A DNA stretch of 64,000 nt from the NCBI GenBank assembly GCA_010015585.1, contig ML975152.1, one strand, 5' to 3'. The position numbers were made by a program, and so were the translations under genes. Shown piece by piece: positions 13,701-26,372 of this stretch (positions are counted from its first letter, which is position 1; the number at the start of each line of letters is the position of its first letter). This DNA is from Eremomyces bilateralis CBS 781.70. Lineage: Eukaryota. The notes beneath the pieces were generated by a model. It searched no databases, had not been told where the DNA came from, and saw only the letters and a list, made by a program, of their open reading frames with translations.

Positions 13701-16700
13701 TTCGTACCCTGCCTGAACATAATGTAGAACACTGTACATTCAACACCGTACAGAGTGTACACGTATCCGGAACCTAGAATAGACATTCCCCATAGTGAAG
13801 TGGTTGCGTGCTCGAGCATCACTACTATTTAAAATTTAATGTATGGGTGATGGTGCCGTAAACGGTAAATCGGTATTAATTGCAACCCCTTGCCTCCCCC
13901 TTCATACGAGACATCTACAATGTGGAATCCTCGGTGTCCTGTATGTGATATGCCAGAATGTATCATACATATTTGCTGCTGGTCAGTTTTGCAAATTGCC
14001 ATGATCTTCCTTTCGGTACAGGGACAGGCGTAGGTAAGTCCGTTCGGTAGGAGGGCTGTACTATTACTAGGCGGTAGGATTGTAAGAACGAAATATTGCA
14101 GATACACCTAGCCGCCATTGGTCAGCTTTGCGGATCGCGTACTATTTGGATGGTATGCCCGATGCCGTACGCGGTATTAGAGGAGACTGGAGACACGCGG
14201 TTGCCTGAGACAACCGATCTTTGGAATTTGGCGAGTTCAACTGGATCATCATTGATCATTCATCAAGTCACTGGTTTACTGTGGATTTCTGTATGGGTTG
14301 TTAATAGTAGTTTCAGGCCAAGGCTGAACTTTTGGGTCTCAGACTGTCAATCGTTGGTTCAAGCCATCAGGGCTATTTGATACTCGGCTGCTTGCGGGCT
14401 GAGAGCAGCTGCAATTTGGAACTGGGAACTTGGAAGACAGCCCGAACCCTGCAGCAGTGTCTCCACGCCGTCATCGCTCATCACTCGTTGGGGAGATTGG
14501 CAGATGCCTCTTGACTACCAAACACTATGATTCTCGTATCTACAGGGCGATGTCGACAGATGATCACACCGCTCGAGGAAGCATGATGTTTAGCAGAGTT
14601 CATCACCATTCCTTCGCCTTTCCCTCCTCCCCTTTCGTTGTGAGTTTGGGTGGATGAGGTTAGGGAGATATATCGTTGGTTCACAACGGTGAACCGTACT
14701 CTCACATTTCATTGGGAATATAAGTTTAGTATCATGACCTCAGACCGAGGAGCCGATTCCACAACAACTATGCATCGGCGTATATCTCTTATGGAGGTTA
14801 GCTGTTACAGCCATACACCAATCAATATTCCTCGCTTTCAAAGTCTAACTGCGGGGGAATAACCAGGTTCACAATGGCTCAACATCAAAAAGCAAACATT
14901 TGCCTATTCGCGCGACATCCGTGTCGTTCGCTATACTGATTGGTCATTACTCACGACGTACCGTAATTCCAAAGGCTTGACGCCTGAGGGTGTGCTCCTC
15001 GGTCCGCCATTTCCTCCTTTCCTAGCGTTGGCCCTGGTCGGAGCACGCCAGCTGCCAATGCACTCCCGGTAGGGGAGGTCTCAAGGTAGGATGATAGGAC
15101 ATGATTGAGCTAAGCGGTCTGCCTGTCTTGCTGCGTGTGCTCTACTAGACCAAGGGCAAGTCGGTTTAGCAGCCTATTGGGAGCATCTTGGGTAGATCGA
15201 TGTATTTGCAATAGAGAGCAGTTTTGCCATACCGAGGAAACATCTCGATGGTCCATATTCGGAACTTCCCTGATATGAACGCTAACCCCTAAAGCATCAC
15301 GATTTCGGAGTTATGGACAACGCAAATGAAACCTCGGATTGGCATGGCTGCCTAAGTCCCTAGCAGTCTGCCGCCTACGAACAATACTTACATGTAGGCA
15401 ACTTTTGAGATATTAGTCGCCGATGAAACAGGTCATTCACCATGGCCATCCTATTAGTGCGAAACAAAGTCGTAATGCACCAGTGTCTAATCCAAAATGG
15501 CACTTTAATGCTTTGGCAGTGATCCGCATTCCTACCACATATTGTGTCATCGTGTGTGTTCTGTTCTTCGCGCCTTGTTCCATAAATGATACACACCACT
15601 CAAATCTTTGAATCCTGGGAGTTTGTCTCCAATGGCGTTTTCAAGTTGGAAGCATTCCCGCGCCCCTCAGTCGTTAATCATAAGTGTCAAGCGTCGATGG
15701 AACGCCTCCTCGGGTCGGGAACTGCCTGCAGACTAGGACGCCCCAGACGCCCGACGACGCTTGGCTGCTGGATCACGAAGTTGCAACTTGCAAGGACTCC
15801 CAAGAATCCGAACAGGCACAACAGTGTGCAGAAGTATATTGGTGATCGTTGGTATCGTTCGGATTCTATTGGAGGAAGTAGGCGAGCCTTCCGTGGCTTG
15901 AAACTTGAAAGCCGAGTTGACAAAGCGGGCAAGGGCAGGGAAAATAGCAACGTTAATGATCAACCGAAACGAGGGGAGAAGCTAGAAAGTCTGACGGCTA
16001 AAGGTGAATGCAGAATGGCATATTCCGTCTTGCGATCGGTAACGAATGTCAATGTGGCACCAAATGCCCGAATACGGGAATCAACTGGATGCAATGCATT
16101 GAGTGGATCGGTGGCCGGATTCTGTTTGTCTCAGGTTCTTTCATGTTTTGCCAGGCTCGATCACCGAATGACTGAACTGGTTCCATCGTGTTCATTGATC
16201 CATCGGATGACCCAGGCATTCTTTCACGCAAGCTGCAGACGGTATGTGAGTCGGTTGAAGCCACTCGAAGCCCATGTGCATCCTGCTCCATTCGTCGAGG
16301 TACCTGGTCGCTTTGTGCGTTGTCGGACTCTCCACATGGGTCAGGAATGAAAGTTTGTCAATCCGAAGTCGTCCATGTCACTCCGCGGTTTCGCATGTCA
16401 CGTCGAGTAAACTTTCGGTACTTACTATGGATTCCTTCGTCCAAAGTACAGTCCCATCATGATATCATGTAGCATGACAGGGGACAGTATCGCCCCCAAG
16501 TCATGAGAGTAGATATCGGCATCCGAAGCTGAGCATTAAGTACCCTGCTGTACTGGTTTTGTAGTCCTTGGGGGACAGTGGACTGGGGTAATTAAAGGCA
16601 AAACACTGGAAGCAAAAGCCTGCATGGTCCGTATCTGAGGGAGTAGGTTGGTCGAGAAAGAAGACTGTTCATGGCAGTCGACAGACGATCAGGAAACATG

Positions 16701-17968
16701 CATTCGCCAAAGTTTCGGTATCACAAGAATTTCAGTGCCAAGTTCCAGTCCGAATCGCGTTACGCGTCTCACACAGCCGCGTCGGGCGTCCCCTTACTAC
16801 TCACGTTGAGACTTGAGGGCCAGCAAAATTTATTTCATTGGTACTAAGTTGTATCAGGATTTCTCCGTACGGCGCCTGTCGTTCCGCCCACAATCGGTCA
16901 ATCCCAAGGGTTGATATTCGTCCTCCCAAGCCGTCCTTTGTAATGATACGGTAATCATCACTTCCGTCTTCGGTCCACATGCCTCCTCATGATACATCAT
17001 GATCGACCTGTGCCCCAGGGCGTGTCCCCCCTAGGCGCAGAGGGCTTGATAACTCCTGACAACCCCCAGTCAAGTACTTGTGAACGTGGTCGAAGGGTTA
17101 GGATTCATATTGCAGCCGGTTTGGCTCAGCTCCTTTGTGTAACACGGCAACACATGACAGAACCGCAAGTCCACTTGCGGTTGCAAACCGACAACCCGTG
17201 GAAAGCAACCTGTAGGCAATACAAGCATCCCTTGTCCAACCTGGTCCTGAGGAATCCGGCGTCTGAATGTGAAGGAGGGCGTTCGTTCAACCTGAGGAAG
17301 ATTGGATCTTCTTGAGCACACGGACAACCTCTGCATCTGCATGAATCTATCGATTGGAATCGTTGCGACACATTCACAACGCACTCCATACTGGGTACAC
17401 CAGTGCTAAGCCGAACAGAATGGCAACATGAGCAAATACGGGGGGTCGCAGGCTACTCTATGCGAGGCCATTCGACATGAAAATGATATTGAAAGCAGGC
17501 TAGCGAAATCGCATGATTCCATATTCTACAGACAATACTCTCAACGTACGGCTATTATTATTCCACCAGGCCATGGACCTGAACTCTCTTGATGTGGGGT
17601 TTATGAGCGGTGAGGGCTTGCACTTGTCGCTTTGCTCATGCGCCAGGAACTACCCCTTAGGCGTATATTCACGCCTTTCTATGCTATATGTAATCTCCAC
17701 TGCATTTCAAACATCGTTCTTCATGTACCTGTCCCTGTTTTATGTTATAGTCATCTTCGTTGTCCTCCAAAAGTCAACCTGTCCGCATCTACCATCCCTA
17801 CTGACCGGCTGTTTTATATACTCCGCAGGCGCTGTAAGATATCACCCGTAGGCTCAAAAGCTACTCGAATTTCAATTGCAAATACAGTAGCTCTCACGTA
17901 TTGGGGAAGTAAATTGAATATGATGGAGCGGCTGTTCAGCTCCACTGCTGCTTTGAGACCTTTGAGTG

Positions 17969-18856
17969 TTAAGTGAACTCCAAGGCCGGACAGGTTCTAG
18001 TCCTCCGCCGTCGCTGGAACAATCCTTCCAAGATATCTTCTCCTCGCGCGTGCCGATCCAGTCGCAGCTGGCTTTTCAATTGCTCGAGCATCCCTAACAC
18101 CCCGGGATCCGCCAGATCCAAGTAGCTCCAGCTACGATGGTTCGGGTGCGGGCACTGTGTTCGAACCTCCGCGGTGACATCGAATGTCTGTCCCTGTGGA
18201 CATGAATGCTGGCAGATTCTCCTGCAGGACCAGCGCCTGTGACGGTTGCCGAAGTAGATATACGATAGCTCCGCGACCGACGGGCCGGGGAATATGACTG
18301 CTCGAGGAGTTCGGCCCTGACGTTTGCGGGCGTGTGCCTCTGGATCGGTGTTGTGCGAGCACTCGCTATCTGCGTCGCTGTCGCTGTCGTTGCCAAGCTT
18401 TTGAATATCTTCTTCGGGGAAATGTGCTAGAACTTCGTCCAGGGATAGCAGATCCCCTTCCTCCAGACTTTCCATTTCGGACCTGGTAATGGGATTCAGC
18501 TGCAAGGCATCGACCCCAGGTACCGCTGGCACTGGGCTTGCTCCCTGAAACACGATTCCTGGACTACTATCTCGTACTAATACCTGCCTCCTTAGGGTTC
18601 CTGGTCCAGCCTCCTCTTCGGCGAGAAATCCCTCGATCGTTTCCATCGGATCTGTCAAGATACCAGAGGCGAGGAATGTCGCAAGGTTGGCGGTTCTCTG
18701 GCGGCTCGGGGCGTCCCTCATGATCACGTCTGGGATTTCCGGAGTGCGTGCTGGAGAAACTGCGGTGCGTTCGGACTCTGTATCATCGTCACCTTCCCGG
18801 CTGCTTCGGGGCCAGGAGGAGTTTGCAGCGGGCTGGGGACGCTGGTCGTTGCTCAT
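17969..18856 (-). CDS. Hypothetical protein, 295 aa, with an acidic middle and Cys/His-rich C-terminal part
   Basis: Long ATG-initiated single ORF with protein-like composition; no family recognised. Confidence 0.55.
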   Translation of the reverse strand: MSNDQRPQPAANSSWPRSSREGDDDTESERTAVSPARTPEIPDVIMRDAPSRQRTANLATFLASGILTDPMETIEGFLAEEEAGPGTLRRQVLVRDSSPGIVFQGASPVPAVPGVDALQLNPITRSEMESLEEGDLLSLDEVLAHFPEEDIQKLGNDSDSDADSECSHNTDPEAHARKRQGRTPRAVIFPGPSVAELSYIYFGNRHRRWSCRRICQHSCPQGQTFDVTAEVRTQCPHPNHRSWSYLDLADPGVLGMLEQLKSQLRLDRHARGEDILEGLFQRRRRTRTCPALEFT

Positions 18857-19315
18857 GGCTAGTGATTTGCTCGTGCTGTATGTTCGGAACTCTCTGCTCG
18901 ATGTAGAGGTGGATGAAGCTTCTTATAGCTTGGCCTATGCTGTCACCAGAGACCACTGTCATACTATTAGTCGATGGGGACGCCTTCACCAGAGCTCTTA
19001 ACATGGTGGCCATGACAACCCCTCCATGCTCTCTTGCTCACCGGATCCGCTCGTGGCTATCCCTCCTGAATAGCGTCCGAAGAGCCAGTGGCTTGGATAG
19101 GATATGCGAATGATTCACCACGCAAGACAGAAAGCAAACCAGTGGGGTTTTCGATCACTGCATCGGAACGTGAGCAGGGTATAATGAATACCCTTTCGAT
19201 TATTTCCACGCTATAGTCTTGCGTTGCTAGAATTAGTACAGGTTCTTGAATGCGGCCATGCCGTGGTAAGAAGATGTGCCGGAACTAAATCCAATTCCAA
19301 AGTCAATCTAGAACG

Positions 19316-22142
19316 TCAAAGCTTGCTCCGAACGACTTCGAGCCTAAACTTCACATCTTTCAGTTGCTTGGTGGTCGGCTTCCAACTCTCAAACAGCTCC
19401 AGCAGCTCCTGGACCTCCGCTCGCAGCTCCTTTCTCACAAACTCCTCTTCCAGCAACCCCCTCATCGCCCAGGGCAAGAAATACGGATTCTGGGTCGTGA
19501 ATCCTCCCGTAACTCCACTGGTGGTTGTGGTAGACGTCAAGTTGGCTTCATAGATCTCGACTACGGCTCGAGGCGCCTCGCCGATGGCCACGATGGGCTT
19601 TTCCTCTTTGACTTTGGGGGCCAAACGCGCCGGAGAAAGGCCGGACAGAGCCCCGGCCGAGATGGATGCCAGGTTCGTCGTTTCGAGGGCGCATTGAACG
19701 GAGAGGAAATACACTTCTCCTTCGTCGTAGATTCGTGAGTGCCCTTCGCCCATGTACAGGGAGCCAGCGAGGGCGGGTGACAGTTCGCGGATGAGGCCGT
19801 GATCAGGAATGCCGAGATTCCGTAGCTTCAATACGAATCCCACGAGACGGGTAAGGCTAAAGGCAACATCAGCACTAGTACTCGAGGGTTCGGCTCGTGG
19901 AACTTACAAATCCGGCGCGTGAATCCGGCCGTCGACGAAAACCGCGCGGAAGATATATGGGTGAGCTATGTTCGAGAACGTGGAGGACTGCATGGCTATG
20001 AGCGGTCGATATACGGAGACTGATTGTGGAACGTACCTCTAAAGACACCAGCTGGTCATCGATGCTGCCAATGTAAACGACTCGGACGCCGGCTTTGACA
20101 ACGACCTCTAACGCTTCTCTATACGCCTTGCTCATTTTGCTATCATTCCTAGTGAATTCGAATAATTCGAACGCCGCACCCCCCAATATCCGGCTTTTGT
20201 ACTCGGGAAATGGGCCAAGGTTTACGCCAGCCATAGCGCAGATTCCAATCCGCGCATTGGGGTGGATGCAGCCAAATTGAATGAGTTTCGAGATCAACAT
20301 AATCCCGACCGGAACCCCCTGTGAATGGCATGCCAGGAGGATGAAATCGGCGCTCTTAATGTGCTCGATCCAGTTCAGGAGTAGGTTCCAAAGGGTGGCC
20401 ACCCGATCCGACACCATGCCTTCGCCTTCCAACGCGACCTTTTCGATATCACAGGTATATCCGCGAGCATCGACCCACCGCTCAATCGCCGCGGCGGCGT
20501 GATTTGCGAATCGTATCGAAGTCCCTGTCGGCTGCCCGATGACGCCGTTGAGGAAGGCGGCGGGAAACCAGCCATGCACACCGATGGCAAGGGCTTTCTT
20601 GATGTGAGGAGGGTTGGGGTTAATGTGAACGTGGGGTGGTATGAGACCGTCACCGAGGAAGAACTGTCGGATCTGTTGCCAATAGGAGGGGGGTGGCGTG
20701 GCGTGATATGTGCCGGAGAAATGCGGCAGCAGGAGGTTATCTCGTACGGCGCCTTGCTGCTTTCCGGATGCGGTGGCAGAGGCCGGTGTGCCTTTGCTCG
20801 CATCATCCTTTGGTCCTCTCTTACTACGCAACGTCTTCGCTGTCGACTTTGGAGGGGTTGTAGCTGGCTCTTCTTGCTCATTGAACTGAGCAGCCTCCGG
20901 ATGAGATTGGGATGGAGTATCGGCAACCGCAAGTTCGCCCACCTGCTTATGTTTCCCATTCATATTTTCCTTGCCTTCCGGCTGAGGCGTTTGCCGGGAC
21001 CAAAAAGCCCAGCCTGATGATTGCGCAGATTCCTGCTTGCTGTCCTGGGGTGGAGGAACCTCTGCTGGTGGTGCATCGGGCAAATCCTTGTCTCCACCTT
21101 CAGGTACCGATTCCAGTGGCGGCTCATCTGCCTCTGCTGGTGGAGACAGCTTCGCATTCTGCGCATTGCTCCATAATCCAAACCAGGATTTGCTTGGGGC
21201 AGAGGTGTTCACCCCCTTGCTTTGGTTGTGCGCAGCAGCGGACTTCGCTTCTTCTTCCGCACCGCCGTTGGGTTCGGCTTGCGCCGCGGGATCAAGCTTC
21301 CGTTCCTCATCAGCAGTTGGCCCAGGAAGTGGCGTCTTCTTTGAGTCCTCCAACGACGTCTCGGCTGATTTTGCTGCCAATGTCTGTGGAGCTGTGTCTC
21401 CGCTGTCCGCGTCTGGTCTTGACCACCAGCCATACCAGCTGGTCGATGTTGGGCCTTTTGTTGATTGCGACGTTGATTTCGGCTTCTGTGTTTCGTCGGA
21501 AGTTCGACCAGTCCGCTCACTTTGTGTTGGATCCTGTGTAGGATCTGGCGGTAGAGGAGGTTCAATCTCTCTGGGTACATCCTCTACGTTTCCATCTCTT
21601 GGAGGTGATGGATCTCCACTTTTATTGGATGTGATATTGAGCTTCGTCATTGAGGCTGCAACGACGTCCCCTTTACTTGTTTTCCTCGGGCTACCCTCCA
21701 TGTATTGTCGCGGGGATTTCGGTGGTGGTTGGGTGGCGGTCGACCGGCGAGTCTGCGCAGGAGGCGTGTTAGGGGAGCTGGACACTGTTTCGCGAGCGAC
21801 TTCTGTCACGGGCCGCGCTTTCGATCGCCAGCTTCCTCCGTACCAACTGCGCTGGGGCTTTACTTTCGGCTCCTTAGGTTTCGTGGTGCCATTCCTTGAG
21901 ATGGTGCTGCCGTTCTCGCCGGCTGGAAGTGATCGAGACAACGCGGGCTCCTTGACACGAGCCTCTGGATTATCTAACTGTTCCGAGCTCGCTGCAGCGG
22001 TGCTGTCTGCTTTGTTTGACACATCATCCTTCGACTTATCAACTGTGGTTGTTGAACTTCCAGCTGGAGCCTGGTCAGTCCCTTTAGACTTCTTGCGGGG
22101 TCCCATTGGTGGATGTCCCAGATAAACCAGCGCTCGCTTCAT
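19316..22142 (-). CDS. YML020W-like uncharacterised alpha/beta-hydrolase-fold protein (2 introns near 19860-20035)
   Basis: KKALAIGVHGWFP...GQPTGTSIRFA, ACHSQGVPV nucleophile-elbow-like motif, GSIDDQLVSLE, GEGHSRIYD, NPYFLPWAMRG. Disordered N-terminus. The start may be 22108 (MGPRKK). Confidence 0.8.
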
Positions 22143-22540
22143 GAAAATACTGCCGACGAGAGAACATGGGAAGGCTGGGTCGAGCTGCCCATGTTATGCA
22201 GAAGGCGAGAGGGAGTGTTTTAGTAGCTGTCGTGGTTAGATGCCTGTATTAGAGCTGTGCCTGAACATATCTGGTGGCTGACTGGGACCTCAAACCGATG
22301 ACATACCGAAGGCCGAATGATGCGCATGGGCCTGAGGCTGCAAGGCAAAAACAATGAAACCCTGAATCACGTGCCAACAGTCAACTTTCGGCGGACTTAA
22401 CGCACCATACGGCAGTTACATGCCACATCCGCCTAGTGGGAACTTTTCACCGATAATTCAGATCCTGCGATCCTCGAAATCCTCTGTTAAGTCTTAACGA
22501 AAGCCAACCTGCCTCTTTAAGGGGGTGACCACACGGCAAG

Positions 22541-25175
22541 ATGGCAATCCAGAAGAAGGTACGATTGATCGTCCGATTTATGAACGACCTACTAATGTGA
22601 CCTAGCATGGCAAAGGTCGGCTTGACAAATGGTATCGCCTCGCGAAAGAAAAGGGCTATCGCGCCCGATCCGCCTTCAAGTTGGTGCAACTAAATAAGAA
22701 GTACAATTTCTTAGAAAAGAGCAAGGTCTTGATAGATCTTTGTGCAGCTCCAGGGGTAAGCACCATTGCACTTGACTCTACCGTCTCTGATACTAACAAT
22801 TCCAGTCATGGTGTCAAGTGGCCGCGGAGGTTATGCCGCCGAATAGTCTTATCATAGGAGTCGACCTTACCCCAATCAAGGCGATCCCTCGCTGTATTAC
22901 CTTCCAAGGTGATATCACTTCGGACAAAACTCGAGCGATTATCCGCCAACATCTCAAGACATGGAAAGCAGACACGGTTCTCCACGACGGTGCGCCCAAC
23001 GTGGGTGCCGCATGGGTTCAAGATGCGTTCTCTCAAGCAGAGCTGGTCTTGCAGTCGCTGAAGCTAGCAACGGTCTTCCTTGCAGAGGGAGGGACATTCG
23101 TGACGAAAGTTTTCAGATCCAAGGACTACAATCCGTTGCTGTGGGTTTTCAACCAGCTTTTCACGAAAGTCGAGGCAACGAAGCCACCCTCGTCTCGAAA
23201 TATCTCCGCTGAGATCTTTGTCGTCTGCCGTGGTTACAAGGCGCCGAAGCATGTCGACCCGAAATTCCTGGATCCGAGGACGGTCTTCGCAGAGCTGTCT
23301 GATCCCACCCCGAACAACGAGGCGAAAGTGTACAACCCTGAAAAGAAAAAGCGTAAGCGTGACGGTTACGAAGAAGGCAACTGGACTCAATATAAGGAAG
23401 TGCCTGCAAGCGATTTTATTCAAGCCACGGACCCAATTGCTATGCTAGCAAATCTCAACAAGTTTACCTTTGAGCAGGGCTCAGACGCAAATCTTGCGCT
23501 CGCGACGTTGGATCGACTTCCTGAGACGAACGAAGACATTCGAATCTGCTGTGCGGACCTAAGGGTCCTTGGACGGAAAGAGTTCAGGATATTGTTAAAG
23601 TGGCGGTTGAGAGTCCGCGAAATCTTCGGACTTTCTTCGAAAACGAAGGCGGAGCCTCAAGGAGAGGAGGTGGCCGAGGTCGCCCCGATGGACGAAGAGT
23701 TGCAGATGCAGGAGGAGATGCAACGGCTTCGAGATCAAGGCGACAAAAAGAAGAAGAAGGAAAGAAGGCGTGAAAATGAGAAGAAACAGAAGGAGGTGGT
23801 GCGCATGCAACTCAACATGCAGACTCCAATGGAACTGGGATTAGAACAAGACATCCAAGGCGAAGGGATGTTCGGGCTCAAGGCTGTTGATGGCGCAGGC
23901 CTTTCCAAGAAAATTGCCAAAGGCAGAATGCATATCCCTCTTCCCGCCGACGACCAGAAGAAAGCGGAAGCCGAGCAAGCTGAAGACGAGGATGAAGAGA
24001 GCGATCCAGAAGAGGACGCCTTGGAGCGGTCGTTGGATGACATGTACGATGACTACCAGGGTCGGATGGCTGACCGAGATGCCAAATTCCGCGCAAAAAA
24101 GGCACGCAAAGAACGCGAGGGCAACGAATGGCATGGTTTCGAAGAGGAAGAAGAGGAGGAGGTCGAAGACAGCGACGATCAGATTCAGGTGGAAGAAGAA
24201 GACAGCGATAGCTCTGACGAAGAAGATGAACCGCGTCAATTGGTCACCGATCTTGATCAGGATGCTGGCAAAACCGAAGGAGGGCTCACAAGGAGGGCCG
24301 CCATGTTCTTTGAGCAAGATATATTCAAGGGCCTGGACTTCGAGGGTGGCGCGGACGAGGACAGCGGTATTGATGTGGACAGTGCCGAGCCAGGATCCTC
24401 AGAAGAAGCCGCCGTTTCCAAGTCTAAGCAGGGAAAACCAGCCCCGTCAGACTCCGATCATTCTGAGGACGCCTCGGAAGAGGACGAGCAGGAGGATGAC
24501 GAGCACGCAGAATCCTCGGATGATGAGCCCGACAACGACAAACCTTTTGAGCTAGTCAAGCATTCAAGGGAGGACTGGGAGAGCGAAGTCCAAGACCCCA
24601 AGACGAAGCGGCCCAACATCGATATCATCACCGCCGAAGCGATGACATTGGCGCATCAACTTGCGACGGGGCAAAAGACGAAGGAAACCATGGTGGACGA
24701 TGGGTTCAACAAGTTCGCGTTCCGGGACGTGGACGGCCTCCCGGACTGGTTCCTCGACGACGAAGGCAAGCACTCCAAGCTCCTCCGCCCCATCACCGCC
24801 GAAGCGTCCGCCGCCATCCGCGAAAAGCTGCGCGCGCTGAACGCCCGACCGATCAAGAAGGTTCGCGAAGCCAAGGCCCGGAAGAAGTTCAAGGCGGCGC
24901 AGCGATTGGAGAAGCTGAAGAAGAAGAGCGCGCTGCTGATGGAGGAGGAGGGGGTCAGCGAGCGGGACAAGGCGCAGGAGGTGCAGAAGCTGATGGCCAA
25001 GGCGGCGAAGAAGAAGCCGAAGCGAGACGTCAAGGTGGTGGTGGCGCGTGGTGGAAACAAGGCGATATCGGGGCGTCCGAAGGGGACGAAAGGCCGGTAT
25101 AAGATGGTGGACGCGCGGATGAGGAAAGATGTCAGGGGTCTCAAGCGGGCAGCGGCGAAGCAGAAGAAGAGGTAG
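22541..25175 (+). CDS. SPB1: 27S pre-rRNA 2'-O-methyltransferase (FtsJ family)
   Basis: Spliced N-terminus [67 protein letters not shown], and the C-terminal Spb1 domain. Confidence 0.96.
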
Positions 25176-25246
25176 AGTGGCCCGATGTATAAATGCATTT
25201 TGGCATCTTGGTCGTCTCCCAAGTTATGAACACGCTATTTAAGGTG

Positions 25247-26372
25247 CTAATATGTCGCCGCGAGTCTGCGGATCAAATAGTCGCCACTATTGACTCCTGG
25301 ATACTTCTTCCCCGTCTGCTCATACGTCCCAGGGATCGCGTCGATGAACTTGTCGAAGTTCGGGTTGCAGAAATAGGCGATCGAGTATCTCGCCGGATAC
25401 TTCCCATCCTCATTCGGTTCGCTTGGCGGCTCAATTACTCGGTGTTTAGTGCTCTTGATCGTATCGTTCGCCCACCGCTCGAGCAAGTCGCCCGCGTTCA
25501 CAACGATACTCCCGGGAACCGGCGTCGCGTCTATGAATGTCCCGTTCGGCGATTGGACCTGGAGTCCACCGCGGGCATCCTGGAATAGGAGAGTGACCGA
25601 GCCTAACATCATTCAGTGCCTCCTTCCTGTATTCAAAATCTATACGCACCATAGTCACTGTGGGATCCAGCTCTGACCGTGCCCACTTTCTCTTTGAAAA
25701 CCTTCCCATCGACCGACGGGTAGTGCAATAGCCGCAAGGTATTATCCCCAGCACTGGTGTATTCATCGAACCAAGTCTCCTCCATACCCATACCGATCGC
25801 AACTGCCCGCATCACCTGCTGATGCAGCTGCTTGCACGTCTCATGGAACGCCATCATCTCTGCCCGGAACGTCTCCCCCTCCGCATCCTTCGGCCACATG
25901 TTTGGAAAATGCGGCTCATCATCTCTACCGATCTCAAAGCTCTCCTTGATATCGGGGACCGACGCCCGCAGCTTCGCGACCTCGTCCTTATCCACCAGCC
26001 GGGTGACCTTCTCCCGTCCGTGAGCCGTATACCCACGGTTCGCTTCAGCCGCGTACCACTCGAGCAGGTCTTTCTCGGATTGAGGGCGAGTGAAGAACCG
26101 GGCGGAGCGGGAGAAGGCCTTGTCGACGAGGGATTGGGGAATGCCGTGGTTGGTGAGGTACAGGAAGCCGGCACTCTGGAATCCCTTTAACACCGAGCTG
26201 GCCACCGAAGTCTTCAGCTCTTGGTCATTAGAGAGGAACGGGGCAAAGTCGATAAGCTGTAGGCAGAGGAATATGGTTAGCATACGACGAGATATCTTGG
26301 TCGAAATCTGGGACATACAGGGATAACTAGATCGTCCTTCTCAACCGCCGCGGTTGTTCCTGGTGCTGCCAT
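25247..26372 (-). CDS. Thymine 7-hydroxylase (thymine dioxygenase), 2OG-Fe(II) oxygenase
   Basis: MAAPGTTAAVEKDDLVIP|LIDF..., EANRGY..GREKV, HSDYG|SVTLLFQD (HxD), KHRV, RYSIAYF, ends RRLAATY. Collinear with Neurospora T7H as recalled from memory. Confidence 0.82.

Noticed and set aside
15586..16350. 254-aa ORF in the long intergenic region
   Set aside because: No recognisable motifs and a random-looking Arg/Ser/Cys-rich composition; cannot be supported without expression data
21037..22125. 362-aa plus-strand ORF and similar long antisense ORFs over SPB1, PLD, the C2H2 gene and CsbD
   Set aside because: Antisense shadows of GC-rich coding sequence
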